This document shows positions 40,436 to 50,463 of a stretch of 64,000 nt of DNA, in pieces (the stretch's first letter is position 1; the number at the start of each line of letters is the position of its first letter). Both the position numbers and the translations under genes were made by a program. The stretch covers positions 480,001-544,000 of the forward strand of contig CAXXMD010000002.1 of assembly GCA_963675755.2 (NCBI GenBank), in the 5' to 3' direction. The DNA comes from a bacterium. Its GTDB lineage: Bacteria > Zhuqueibacterota > Zhuqueibacteria > Residuimicrobiales > Krinioviventaceae. Under the pieces are notes generated by a model. The model saw only the letters and a list, made by a program, of their open reading frames with translations, did no database searches and was not told the DNA's origin.

Positions 40436-40457
40436 TTTTAGTAAGGAGGTGATTACT

Positions 40458-40550
40458 TTGCCAAGCGGAAAAAAGAGAAAAAGACACAAGATTGCTACCC
40501 ACAAACGTAAAAAGCGCTTACGTAAAGATAGACATAAAAAGAAAAAGTAA
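40458..40550 (+). CDS. 30S ribosomal protein bS22 / AURKAIP1-COX24 (mS38)-like basic peptide
   Basis: Missed by ORF track. AAGGAGGT RBS, TTG start, MPSGKKRKRHKIATHKRKKRLRKDRHKKKK. Confidence 0.88.
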   Translation: MPSGKKRKRHKIATHKRKKRLRKDRHKKKK

Positions 40551-40559
40551 AATGATTTT

Positions 40560-40587
40560 GGGCTGAGAAATAAATCTTGGCCCTTTT
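40560..40587 (+). terminator. probable intrinsic terminator
   Basis: GGGCTGAGA-loop-TCTTGGCCC followed by TTTT after the bS22 ORF. Confidence 0.55.
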
Positions 40588-40604
40588 CGGTTTAACAGTA
40601 TTCA

Positions 40605-41840
40605 ATGTTTGAGCGCTTTATGGATTTATTTGACCAGACAGATTTTGAACACATGTATTCAGTTTCTGAGATCAATTCTGAAATTAAAGAGTTGGTTGAA
40701 ACTTCTCTGCCTGCAATTTGGGTGCAAGGTGAGATATCCAATTTTACCCACCATTCTTCCGGCCACATGTATTTTTCACTCAAAGATTCACAATCACAAA
40801 TTACCTGTGTTATGTGGAAAAGCAGAAATTATACCCTAAATTTTGCGCCTTCAGATGGAATGAAAGTGCAATTACGAGGTAATGTACGTGTTTATGAAAA
40901 ACGTGGTTCACTTCAACTTGATGCAGTCAAGATGGTGCCAGCAGGAATTGGTGATCTTCAATTTGCATTTGAAGCTTTAAAGAATCGATTGAATGAAGAA
41001 GGTCTGTTTAGTCCTGAATTTAAGAAATCATTACCCACTTTTCCTGAAACTGTTGGGATAATTACCTCACCAACTGGTGCTGCAATTCAGGATATCCAGA
41101 ATGTGCTTCAACGTCGTTTTCCTTCTGTGCGAATGGTTTTACGTCCGGCAATCGTTCAGGGTGATGCTGCTCCCGATGATATTGTAGAGGCTTTACAGCA
41201 AATGAACCAGCAATCAGATATTGACGTTATAATTCTGGGACGCGGTGGGGGATCACTCGAAGACCTTTGGGCTTTTAACGACGAAAAAGTTGCCAGGGCT
41301 ATTTTTGCTTCTAAAATTCCAATAGTATCTGCAGTTGGGCATGAAATTGATTTTACAATCAGTGATTTTGTAGCGGATCTAAGGGCACCAACACCTTCTG
41401 CTGCAGCAGAACTTGTTGTGCCGGATATAAATGAAATTAAAGATTCCTTGAAGGCATTTCAATCATTTTTTTATCAACATGTAAACAGTCTGATAAATAT
41501 TCACCAAAAGCATATAAAATCAATTGTTTCCAGTTATGGTTTCCGCAGACCTACAGATATGCTGCATACATATTATCAGCACCTTGATGAAATTGTGAAT
41601 GTAATGCGATATTCAGCATTTAATACAGTTAAAAATGCAAAGCAAAATCTTTTATACCAACAATCGAGATTATCAGATTTACATCCGGATTCAATTTTAA
41701 AAAGAGGATTTAGTATTACTCGCAAAGCGGATGGAACATTAATTAAAAAAACAAGTGATATTAACGATCACGAAGAGTTGGTTACACAGCTTCAGGATGG
41801 TTATATATATTCAAAAGCAGAATCAACAAAATCCAATTAA
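40605..41840 (+). CDS. xseA: exodeoxyribonuclease VII large subunit
   Basis: GEISNF..SGHMYFSLKD, TSPTGAA, RGGGSLEDLWAFN, GHEIDFT, PTPSAAAE; start may be 40620. Confidence 0.95.
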   Translation: MFERFMDLFDQTDFEHMYSVSEINSEIKELVETSLPAIWVQGEISNFTHHSSGHMYFSLKDSQSQITCVMWKSRNYTLNFAPSDGMKVQLRGNVRVYEKRGSLQLDAVKMVPAGIGDLQFAFEALKNRLNEEGLFSPEFKKSLPTFPETVGIITSPTGAAIQDIQNVLQRRFPSVRMVLRPAIVQGDAAPDDIVEALQQMNQQSDIDVIILGRGGGSLEDLWAFNDEKVARAIFASKIPIVSAVGHEIDFTISDFVADLRAPTPSAAAELVVPDINEIKDSLKAFQSFFYQHVNSLINIHQKHIKSIVSSYGFRRPTDMLHTYYQHLDEIVNVMRYSAFNTVKNAKQNLLYQQSRLSDLHPDSILKRGFSITRKADGTLIKKTSDINDHEELVTQLQDGYIYSKAESTKSN

Positions 41841-41851
41841 CGGGAAACAAT

Positions 41852-42058
41852 ATGGTTAAACAGACGTTTGAAGAAGCAATGGAAAGATTGGATGAAATTG
41901 CAAATATTCTTCAACAGGGCGAAAGCAGCCTGGATGAAACACTGGAATTATTTGAAGAAGGAAATCAGCTCGTAAGTTTTTGTGAACAAAAATTGAAAAA
42001 AGCTGAAAGTAAACTAGAGATTTTATCTGGACAGGATCCAAACAAGACAGATGAATAA
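41852..42058 (+). CDS. xseB: exodeoxyribonuclease VII small subunit
   Basis: FEEAMERL..I...L...LFEEG..L...C; follows xseA. Confidence 0.92.
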   Translation: MVKQTFEEAMERLDEIANILQQGESSLDETLELFEEGNQLVSFCEQKLKKAESKLEILSGQDPNKTDE

Positions 42059-42075
42059 TAAAATAATGTGAGATT

Positions 42076-44001
42076 ATGGAATCATTATTATCCGGTATTC
42101 AATCACCAAATGATATAAAAAATTTTGATATTCCTCAGCTTTCTCAATTGAGTAAGGAAATCAGAGAAACAATCATTTCTACCGTATCCAACACTGGTGG
42201 ACATCTTGCTCCGTCATTGGGCGTTGTAGAGTTGACATTGGTGCTGCATCACCTTTTCAATACCCCTAAAGATAAAATTGTATGGGATGTTGGGCATCAG
42301 GCATATGCGCATAAATTGATCACAGGTCGATATGATCGTTTCCATACCATTAGACAATATAATGGTTTGTCAGGATTTCCAAAAATTTCAGAAAGCGAAT
42401 ACGATGCTTTTGGTGTAGGTCATGCCAGCACAGCTATTTCTGCTGCTTACGGTATGGCTTGTGCAAGAGATGTAAATGGTGATGATTATAAAGTTATTGC
42501 CATTGTTGGAGATGGTGCTTTGACTGGTGGACTCTCTTATGAGGGATTAAATAACGCCGGTGCAAATTTAAAAGATTTTATCCTGATTGTTAATGATAAC
42601 AGCATGTCAATTTCACCCAATGTAGGTGCTTTGTCTCATTATCTCACTAATATTATTTCGAATCCTTTATATAACCGCCTTAAAAGTGAAATATGGGACA
42701 TAACCGGGCGCATGTCAACCATGGGATCACATATCCGAAGGGCAGTCAAGAGATTTCAGGATGGTTTGAAATCCGTATTTGTACCGGGTATGTTGTTTGA
42801 ACAGTTAGGGTTCCGATATTTTGGTCCTGTAGATGGTCATAATATTGCAAGTATGGTGCGTTTGTTCAATGAGGTTAAAAAGTTAAATGGTCCTATTGTG
42901 GTTCATGTTTTGACTAAAAAGGGCAAGGGGTTTGCTCCTGCTGAAGAAAATGCATCAGTGTTTCATGGATTAGGCAGATTTGATCCCAAAACGGGTGAAA
43001 TCTTGAAAAAATCCAATGTACCAACCTTTACACAGGTATTTGGAAAATCATTGGTCAAGCTGGCTGAAAAAGACTCCAAAATTGTATCCATCAGTGGCGC
43101 TATGGCCATTGGTACTGGCTTGAGTGATTTTGCCCAAAAATTCCCAGATCGTTTTTTTGATGTAGGTATTGCTGAAAGTCATGCTGTCACCTTTGCAGCA
43201 GGTTTGGCAACTCAAAAGTTAAAACCCGTTGTTGCAATATATTCCAGTTTTATGCAAAGAGGCTATGACCAAATAATTCATGATGTAGCGCTGCAAAACT
43301 TGCCTGTTGTATTTGCACTTGACCGTGCTGGTATTGTAGGTGATGATGGACCAACACATCATGGTGTATTTGATTTGGCCTTTTTACGTACTGTACCCGG
43401 ATTAACAGTAATGGTTCCAGCCGATGAAGAAGAACTTCGGCATATGCTCAATACTGCGTTTGAAATAGATGGCCCTGTAGCTATCCGGTATCCACGCGGC
43501 AGTGCTGAAGGTGTAGCAATGACTGATAACTTTGAAACGATTCCTTTGGGGACTAGCCAGGTTCTTCAAAAAGGAACTGACTTGGCTATAATTGCATTAG
43601 GCCCCATGGTATATCGGGCACTTGAGGCGGCAGAGATTTTGAGAATAGAAGATAAACTCAATGTTGAGGTTGTGAATGCCCGTTTCCTGAAACCTTTTGA
43701 CGCTAAAATGCTCAATCGTATTGCTTCTAATTATAAACTTTTATTGTCAGTAGAAGAAGGAACACTCAAAGGCGGCTTGGGTAGTGAAATTGCCGAGTTT
43801 GTTCTAGATAATAAATTAAATCATTTGGAATTTATCCGTTGTGGTATTTCAGATGATTTTGTAGAACAGGGTGAACGTGGCTTGCTATTGGAAAAAGCAG
43901 GGCTTGATGCTTCTGGTATTGTTGAAGCTGTTAGATCTTCTCAATCATATAAATCCTTGACTCGAATGCATTTGTTTAAATTTCAAAAACATGTATCATG
44001 A
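42076..44001 (+). CDS. dxs: 1-deoxy-D-xylulose-5-phosphate synthase
   Basis: GGHLAPSLG, WDVGHQAY, GDGALTGG, DRAGIVGDDGPTH. Confidence 0.96.
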   Translation: MESLLSGIQSPNDIKNFDIPQLSQLSKEIRETIISTVSNTGGHLAPSLGVVELTLVLHHLFNTPKDKIVWDVGHQAYAHKLITGRYDRFHTIRQYNGLSGFPKISESEYDAFGVGHASTAISAAYGMACARDVNGDDYKVIAIVGDGALTGGLSYEGLNNAGANLKDFILIVNDNSMSISPNVGALSHYLTNIISNPLYNRLKSEIWDITGRMSTMGSHIRRAVKRFQDGLKSVFVPGMLFEQLGFRYFGPVDGHNIASMVRLFNEVKKLNGPIVVHVLTKKGKGFAPAEENASVFHGLGRFDPKTGEILKKSNVPTFTQVFGKSLVKLAEKDSKIVSISGAMAIGTGLSDFAQKFPDRFFDVGIAESHAVTFAAGLATQKLKPVVAIYSSFMQRGYDQIIHDVALQNLPVVFALDRAGIVGDDGPTHHGVFDLAFLRTVPGLTVMVPADEEELRHMLNTAFEIDGPVAIRYPRGSAEGVAMTDNFETIPLGTSQVLQKGTDLAIIALGPMVYRALEAAEILRIEDKLNVEVVNARFLKPFDAKMLNRIASNYKLLLSVEEGTLKGGLGSEIAEFVLDNKLNHLEFIRCGISDDFVEQGERGLLLEKAGLDASGIVEAVRSSQSYKSLTRMHLFKFQKHVS

Positions 44002-44894
44002 TTTTAGGTATAATAGGAAATACAAACAAGCCCAAAGTTAAACGGGTTGTTAAAGAGTTTACTGGCATTCTTGATCAGAAACAAATCAAGTATGTATATG
44101 CATCAGATCTGGTAAATTTTTTATCATTAAATTCTGATCAAAACACAGTAGATCTCGATTGTATTGGTAAAGCGTGTGATATTGTTGTCGCTTTTGGAGG
44201 CGATGGTACTATACTTTCTACAGCCAATGTTGTAGGGCATCATGGCGTTCCTATTTTGGGTGTTAATTCAGGTGGATTGGGATTCCTTGCAGAAGTTATG
44301 GTTGACGAGATTCATCAGGCTATTGATGATCTTTTAAATAAAAATTATTCTATTATTGATAGGATGCTGCTTAGTGTAATCATACATCAGAATGGTAAAT
44401 CTTTTCATTATACCGCGTTAAATGATGTTGTTGTTGACAAGGGGCTAGGACCCCGTTTGATTTATGCTGATGTAACCGTAAATAATATGTTTTTAAATAC
44501 ATATCGAAGTGATGGATTGATTGTAGCATCACCTACAGGTTCCACTGCATATTCATTGTCAGCAGGCGGTCCGCTGCTCATGCCGACCATGAATGCTATT
44601 ATTGTAACCCCTATTTGTCCACACTCGTTAACAGAAAGACCCATTGTGTTATCAGAACATGCCGAGTTGAATATATCCATAAAACCCGGACAAGATTCTG
44701 TGCAAGTCAGTCTTGACGGACAAAGTATAGCTAATTTACAGGAAAACGATAGTGTGGAAATTAAAAAGGCTCATTATCCGTTAAAATGGGTATCAATAGG
44801 AAAACGTGATTTTTTTGAGATCCTTCGAACAAAGTTAAACTGGGGCATTGATAATCCCGGAATTAAAAAGAACCTGCAGGAAAGAGATTCGTGA
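43998..44894 (+). CDS. nadK: NAD kinase
   Basis: GGDGT, LGFL, LNDVV, DGLIVASPTGSTAYSLSAGGP. Confidence 0.95.
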   Translation: MILGIIGNTNKPKVKRVVKEFTGILDQKQIKYVYASDLVNFLSLNSDQNTVDLDCIGKACDIVVAFGGDGTILSTANVVGHHGVPILGVNSGGLGFLAEVMVDEIHQAIDDLLNKNYSIIDRMLLSVIIHQNGKSFHYTALNDVVVDKGLGPRLIYADVTVNNMFLNTYRSDGLIVASPTGSTAYSLSAGGPLLMPTMNAIIVTPICPHSLTERPIVLSEHAELNISIKPGQDSVQVSLDGQSIANLQENDSVEIKKAHYPLKWVSIGKRDFFEILRTKLNWGIDNPGIKKNLQERDS

Positions 44895-47512
44895 GCGAAA
44901 AAAAAGCAACAACCCCCTTGATGGAGCAGTACCTCAAGATCAAAGCATCACACCCTGACGATATTTTATTATTTCGTATGGGTGATTTCTATGAAATGTT
45001 TTATGATGATGCAAAAACAGGATCAGAAATTTTAGGTATCACACTTACCGCCCGCGCTCATGGCAAAGCTGCAGATGTGCCTCTTGCCGGATTCCCTCAT
45101 CACGCCCTTGATAATTATCTGGGCAAGTTTATCAAAGCCGGTCACCGGGTTGCTATTTGTGAGCAAGTTGAAGATCCCAAACTTGCCAAAACAATTGTAA
45201 AACGTAAAGTTGTAGAGGTAGTAACACCCGGTACTGCTATTGCGGATGATTTACTCGAAACCAAACGAAATAATTATCTGCTTGGTGTATTTATCGGCAA
45301 AAAAAAGTGCGGAATGGCTTTTGTAGATGTTTCGACCGGGGAATTTCAGGTTTTTGAAACTATCGAGTCTAACCTTGTTGAACAAATTTTATCAGTTCAA
45401 CCCTCTGAATTAATTATCAGTGATACCCAAATTTCACGATTTCATGAGATTTTTAGAAAACCCATATCATTCACTTTGACAACCCGGGATGATTGGACTT
45501 TTAATTATGATTATTCTTATCAGGCATTGACTGAACATTTTTCCACCTTGTCATTAAAAGGATTTGGAATTGAATCTTTTGATGATGGCATTAGTGCCGC
45601 AGGTGCCATTTTAGCCTATTTAAAAGAAAATCAATCAGAAAAACTTGTACATATTAACAAGATCTCCCGTAAATCTGACAGTGAATATCTCATAATAGAT
45701 ACAACAACCCGACGTAATTTAGAGTTAGTTTATTCCATGACACAAAGCGGAAAGCAGGGAACATTGCTTTCCGTTATTGATAAAACAAAAACCCCAATGG
45801 GTGGCAGGATGCTGGTAAAATGGCTCTTGTTCCCACTTTCAAATATTGACAAAATTCAGAAACGCTTATCTGCTGTGCAAGAGTTGGTAGATAAAACTGA
45901 ATTACGCAAAGAGATTCGTAATACTCTTGCAGATGCCGGTGATCTGGAACGCAATCTTGCCAAGTTTTCTGCTGGCAGGGCAAACGGGCGTGATGCCAAC
46001 TCACTTCTCGCCACACTCAAAGTTGTACATAACATTAAAGAGCTACTTGATACAACCGAATTTGAATTATTGAAACATATTCGCTCTGGTCTGGATGCTA
46101 TTCCGGATATAGCAAATGAAATTGAAAAAGCGATTGAAGACAATCCTCCCATGTCTATCACTGATGGAAGTATCATCCGTCGAGGCTATGACAAAGATTT
46201 GGATGAATTGCGGGAGATTGCCTATTCCGGTAAAGATTGGATAGCAAGACTGCAGAAGGAAGAGCGTGAAAAGACAGGTATTCCTTCACTCAAGGTAAGC
46301 TTTAATAAAGTTTTTGGATATTATATTGAAGTTACAAAAGCAAACCTTACCAAAGTACCCGAATATTATATTCGTAAACAAACCCTGGTAAATGCTGAAC
46401 GATTCATAACCCAGGAGCTCAAGGAATACGAAGAAAAGATTTTGGGTGCTGAAGAAAAAATGTCTTCAATTGAATATGCACTTTTTAATCAGTTAAGAGA
46501 TAAAATTCTGGTATATACACAACAATTTCAACAAAATGCCCATTTTCTTTCTGTATTAGATTGTATCGCCAATTTTGCACAAATTGCACTGGATAATGAT
46601 TATGTAAAACCGGAAATGAATACCAGTGATAAAATTGTTATCAATGACAGTCGACATCCCGTAGTAGAAAAATTGCTCCCACCGGGTGAGCAGTTTGTTT
46701 GTAATGATTTAACCATTGATAATACACAAGATCAAATATTAATAATTACAGGTCCCAACATGGCCGGCAAGTCAACATATTTGCGCCAGATTGGACATAT
46801 TGTAATCATGGCACAAATGGGATGTTTTGTACCTGCGCGTAAAGCAGAAATTGGATTGGTTGACCGCGTATTTACAAGAGTAGGCGCATCAGACAATTTA
46901 GCAGCAGGTGAAAGTACATTCCTGACAGAGATGAATGAAACAGCCAATATCCTCAATAATGCAACTGCATCCAGTTTAATACTTTTGGATGAAATTGGGC
47001 GAGGTACAAGTACCTTTGATGGATTATCTATTGCCTGGTCTGTTGTAGAGTATATACACAATACACCACAGCTTGCCGCAAAAACAATCTTTGCTACACA
47101 TTTTCATGAATTGACGGAACTTGAGATTGTTCTTTCGCGTGTAACCAATTATAATGTTGCGGTAAAAGAATGGGGGGACCATGTTGTATTTTTACGCAAG
47201 ATTGTTAAGGGGGGATGTGACCATAGTTATGGAATTCATGTCGCTCAATTGGCAGGTTTACCCGCCAAAGTGATTAACAGAGCTAAAGAAGTACTTTCAA
47301 ATCTGGAATCTGAAACGCTTGATCAAACAAATGAGCCTAAATTGGCAAAACACCATGAAATGAAACAAACAATTGTAAAACAAATGAGTCTTTTTTCTGA
47401 ACTGGAACAATCTTTGCGTAACGAATTAAAGCAAATAGATCCCAATGAATTGACACCAATTCAGGCATTAAATAAACTTGAAGCATTACGACAGTTGGTA
47501 AATGAATCCTAA
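44891..47512 (+). CDS. mutS: DNA mismatch repair protein MutS
   Basis: TPLMEQY, FRMGDFYE, TGPNMAGKSTY, DEIGRGTST. Confidence 0.97.
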   Translation: MSEKKATTPLMEQYLKIKASHPDDILLFRMGDFYEMFYDDAKTGSEILGITLTARAHGKAADVPLAGFPHHALDNYLGKFIKAGHRVAICEQVEDPKLAKTIVKRKVVEVVTPGTAIADDLLETKRNNYLLGVFIGKKKCGMAFVDVSTGEFQVFETIESNLVEQILSVQPSELIISDTQISRFHEIFRKPISFTLTTRDDWTFNYDYSYQALTEHFSTLSLKGFGIESFDDGISAAGAILAYLKENQSEKLVHINKISRKSDSEYLIIDTTTRRNLELVYSMTQSGKQGTLLSVIDKTKTPMGGRMLVKWLLFPLSNIDKIQKRLSAVQELVDKTELRKEIRNTLADAGDLERNLAKFSAGRANGRDANSLLATLKVVHNIKELLDTTEFELLKHIRSGLDAIPDIANEIEKAIEDNPPMSITDGSIIRRGYDKDLDELREIAYSGKDWIARLQKEEREKTGIPSLKVSFNKVFGYYIEVTKANLTKVPEYYIRKQTLVNAERFITQELKEYEEKILGAEEKMSSIEYALFNQLRDKILVYTQQFQQNAHFLSVLDCIANFAQIALDNDYVKPEMNTSDKIVINDSRHPVVEKLLPPGEQFVCNDLTIDNTQDQILIITGPNMAGKSTYLRQIGHIVIMAQMGCFVPARKAEIGLVDRVFTRVGASDNLAAGESTFLTEMNETANILNNATASSLILLDEIGRGTSTFDGLSIAWSVVEYIHNTPQLAAKTIFATHFHELTELEIVLSRVTNYNVAVKEWGDHVVFLRKIVKGGCDHSYGIHVAQLAGLPAKVINRAKEVLSNLESETLDQTNEPKLAKHHEMKQTIVKQMSLFSELEQSLRNELKQIDPNELTPIQALNKLEALRQLVNES

Positions 47513-48531
47513 TGTTGAATGAACTGGAAGGCAAGATCGTGAAATACAAAATACTTGTAGTTATAAATATATTATTCTTTATGGTTATAGACTCTCAAGC
47601 TATTGAAATTGCTAAATATGCGGGTGATTTTATCAGTACAGGTGTTGGTGCAAGAGCTTTAGGAATGGGTGGTGCTCATGCTGCTATATCAGGTGATGTT
47701 ACACATGGCTATTGGAATCCCGCTGCATTATCAAAAATTCAATACCCTGAAATTTCTGCCATGCATTCCCGTCGGTTTGGCGGAATCGTAAATTATGATT
47801 ACCTGGGTTTTGCAGCTCCATTTCGTTCGTCTGAAACATTGGGATTAAATATCGTTCGGCTGGCTGTAGATGATATTCCTATACCTGTATTAACAAGTCC
47901 AACAGAAGACTTGTCCGAAACAAACAGACCTACTATTGACCATTATGTATCTGATGCTGAATATGCTGTTTATCTGAGTTATGCCAAACAACGTACTGAA
48001 AAATTTTCCTATGGTGCCAATGTAAAAATAATCCGCAAAGGAACGGGTGACAACTCGGCAATGGGGCTTGGTTTTGATATAGGTGCTTTATGGAATCCTA
48101 CAGGTAAATTACTTCTTGGTGCAAATTTGCAGGATATTACCACAACTATACTTGCCTGGGATACAGGTACAAAAGAATTGATTTCTCCTACGTTTAAACT
48201 TGGCGCTTCATATCCTCTGTATATAGGATTTGGCAGCCAATTGCTAGTTGCTTCTGATCTGGATGTTAGAATGGAGGGGAGAGACTATGCAGCACAAATG
48301 AATTTGGGTGCTATCAGTATCGATCCCCGGGTTGGTGCTGAACTATTGGTTAAAAATGTTGCTGCACTCCGAATCGGTAGAGATGATATGGGTTCATTGA
48401 CTGCCGGTGCAGGAATTCGTCTGCCTCGTCTTGATCTCGATTACGCTTTTCTTAGTCATGATGATTTTGATGCCACCCACCGCGTTTCTTTTAGGTTACG
48501 TCTTGAAGAAGATCGGTTTCTTAGAAAATAG
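47512..48531 (+). CDS. PorV/PorQ-family outer-membrane barrel
   Basis: GVGARALGMGGA, YWNPAAL, DYAF...HRVS; start may be GTG 47539. Confidence 0.75.
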   Translation: MLNELEGKIVKYKILVVINILFFMVIDSQAIEIAKYAGDFISTGVGARALGMGGAHAAISGDVTHGYWNPAALSKIQYPEISAMHSRRFGGIVNYDYLGFAAPFRSSETLGLNIVRLAVDDIPIPVLTSPTEDLSETNRPTIDHYVSDAEYAVYLSYAKQRTEKFSYGANVKIIRKGTGDNSAMGLGFDIGALWNPTGKLLLGANLQDITTTILAWDTGTKELISPTFKLGASYPLYIGFGSQLLVASDLDVRMEGRDYAAQMNLGAISIDPRVGAELLVKNVAALRIGRDDMGSLTAGAGIRLPRLDLDYAFLSHDDFDATHRVSFRLRLEEDRFLRK

Positions 48532-48599
48532 CAGTATTTTGCAAGTTACTGCAAAACCTTCCATCTTTTCTGAATTTTATGTAAATCCAAAAATTTCAG

Positions 48600-48628
48600 T
48601 TGACTATGACTGAAAAAAATGTTAATTT
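48600..48628 (+). promoter_or_regulatory. putative sigma70-type promoter for the yicC-gmk-rpoZ operon
   Basis: TTGACT-N17-TAATTT. Confidence 0.5.
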
Positions 48629-48682
48629 ATAAATCCTATTAAAATAGAATGTTAAGATGAATTTTTATTAATTGGTGCTTGA

Positions 48683-49558
48683 ATGATAAATAGCATGACA
48701 GGTTTTGGAAGAGGAATGGAAAACAACGGCGACATGGAGATTACCGTAGAAGTCCGTTCTGTAAATAACCGTTTTCTCGATTTGATTATCAAAACACCTA
48801 GATCGTTAACCAATTATGAACAGCAAATTCGTGATATTGTTGGTAAATTTGTAAAACGTGGTAGAGTAAATGTTTGGATTGGTATTACCAATGAAGCTGA
48901 AAAGTATCAGGAACTGATTTTAAACAAACCACTGGTCAAAACATACCTGGATATTGCTTTAGAATTAAAAGAACTCGACGTTCCTGGTCAGGTTGATATT
49001 AACCAGTTGTTAACATTACCCGAGATTTTGACTGTAGATTCGGAAAATGATGTTGAAGAAAGCACCTGGCTTTGTGCCAAATCAGCCCTTGAACAGGCTC
49101 TTGGTGAAATGAACAAAATGCGTGTTGCTGAAGGAAATGAACTTTATAAGGATTTTGTTGCACGTGTTAATCAGCTTGAAGATGTAATTAGCAAGGTTCA
49201 GAAATTGGCTGAATCTGCACCTGTTGAACAAATGGACAAGCTTCGAAATCGCGTAAAGCGACTTGTACCGGATACGATTGTTGATGAAGGTCGGCTTGAA
49301 ATGGAGCTTGCAATCATAGCTGACAGGATTGATATAACTGAAGAGTGTGTTCGTTTTCACAGTCACAATAAACTCTTTTTAGAGATGTTAAAAGATGACG
49401 AATCTCAAGGACGTAAATTGAATTTTTTGCTTCAGGAAATGAACCGTGAAGCCAATACTATTGGCTCCAAAACTTCAAATCCCGAAGTTTCGCACCTGGT
49501 TGTTCAGATAAAAGATCAGGTTGAAAAAATAAGAGAGCAGATACAAAATATTGAATAG
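48683..49558 (+). CDS. yicC: YicC/YloC family endoribonuclease
   Basis: SMTGFGR, RSVNNRFLD, GRKLNFLLQEMNREANTIGSK, REQIQNIE. Confidence 0.93.
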   Translation: MINSMTGFGRGMENNGDMEITVEVRSVNNRFLDLIIKTPRSLTNYEQQIRDIVGKFVKRGRVNVWIGITNEAEKYQELILNKPLVKTYLDIALELKELDVPGQVDINQLLTLPEILTVDSENDVEESTWLCAKSALEQALGEMNKMRVAEGNELYKDFVARVNQLEDVISKVQKLAESAPVEQMDKLRNRVKRLVPDTIVDEGRLEMELAIIADRIDITEECVRFHSHNKLFLEMLKDDESQGRKLNFLLQEMNREANTIGSKTSNPEVSHLVVQIKDQVEKIREQIQNIE

Positions 49559-50142
49559 TGGCTGGATTGGTGAGTAATAAAAACGGATTTTTGGTGCTGG
49601 TATCTTCACCGTCTGGCGGTGGAAAGACCACTATAATAAAGAAAATAATTGAAACAAATACAGATAATTTCAAGTATTCCATATCGTTGACTACCCGTAA
49701 TAAACGTGATGGAGAAGTTGATGGTAAAGATTACTGGTTTGTTGATAACAAGACTTTTCAGGAAAAGATAGATTCTGATCAGCTTTTAGAATATGAAAAT
49801 GTTCATGGAAATTGCTATGGTACTCCCAAAGGTCCTATAATGGAGTGGATCAGCAATGGTAATGTCGTTTTTATGGATGTCGATGTTTTAGGAGCCTTGT
49901 CAATCCGTAAAAAGTATCCTGAAAAAAGTGTTTTAATCTTTTTAGCACCACCGGATTTAGAAATACTTGAAGAAAGATTAAAAGGACGTTCCACTGAGAC
50001 TAGAGAACAAATTCAGATACGGATGGAACGAGTTAAAAAAGAAATGGAACTGTCAAAAGAATTTGACCATATTATAATAAACAATGAAATTGATGAAACC
50101 GTTAATAGTGTTTTATCAATTATTCAAAAAAGAATATCATAA
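49558..50142 (+). CDS. gmk: guanylate kinase
   Basis: SPSGGGKTT, TTR..R.GEVDGKDY, YGT. Confidence 0.95.
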   Translation: MAGLVSNKNGFLVLVSSPSGGGKTTIIKKIIETNTDNFKYSISLTTRNKRDGEVDGKDYWFVDNKTFQEKIDSDQLLEYENVHGNCYGTPKGPIMEWISNGNVVFMDVDVLGALSIRKKYPEKSVLIFLAPPDLEILEERLKGRSTETREQIQIRMERVKKEMELSKEFDHIIINNEIDETVNSVLSIIQKRIS

Positions 50143-50167
50143 TAATCCAATTTGTTGGAGGAAATAA

Positions 50168-50452
50168 ATGGCTGAAACATTACCATTAGATGCACTTGAA
50201 AAACATGCAAAAAATGTATATGAAGCAATTATTTTAATTGCAAAACGCGCCCGTCAAATCAATGAACTGCAGAAACAGGTTCTTGACAGTGAAGCGGAAG
50301 CTTATTCTCAAGCTGAAGAATACGATGAAGAAGGTGTAAATACAGATATTGTAGAACATCAATTTTTACGTTTGCCGAAACCTTCCACAATTGCATTGCA
50401 GGAATTTCTAGAAGGCAAACTTGAAAAAGTTGAAGTTGAAAAAGAAGATTAA
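50168..50452 (+). CDS. rpoZ: RNA polymerase omega subunit
   Basis: NVYEAI..IAKRARQIN, KPSTIALQEF; between gmk and coaBC. Confidence 0.88.
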   Translation: MAETLPLDALEKHAKNVYEAIILIAKRARQINELQKQVLDSEAEAYSQAEEYDEEGVNTDIVEHQFLRLPKPSTIALQEFLEGKLEKVEVEKED

Positions 50453-50463
50453 TTCGTTTTATC

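Noticed and set aside
41852-42076. ispA absent between xseB and dxs
   Set aside because: Gene-order variation common outside Proteobacteria and Firmicutes; no remnant in the 17-nt gap
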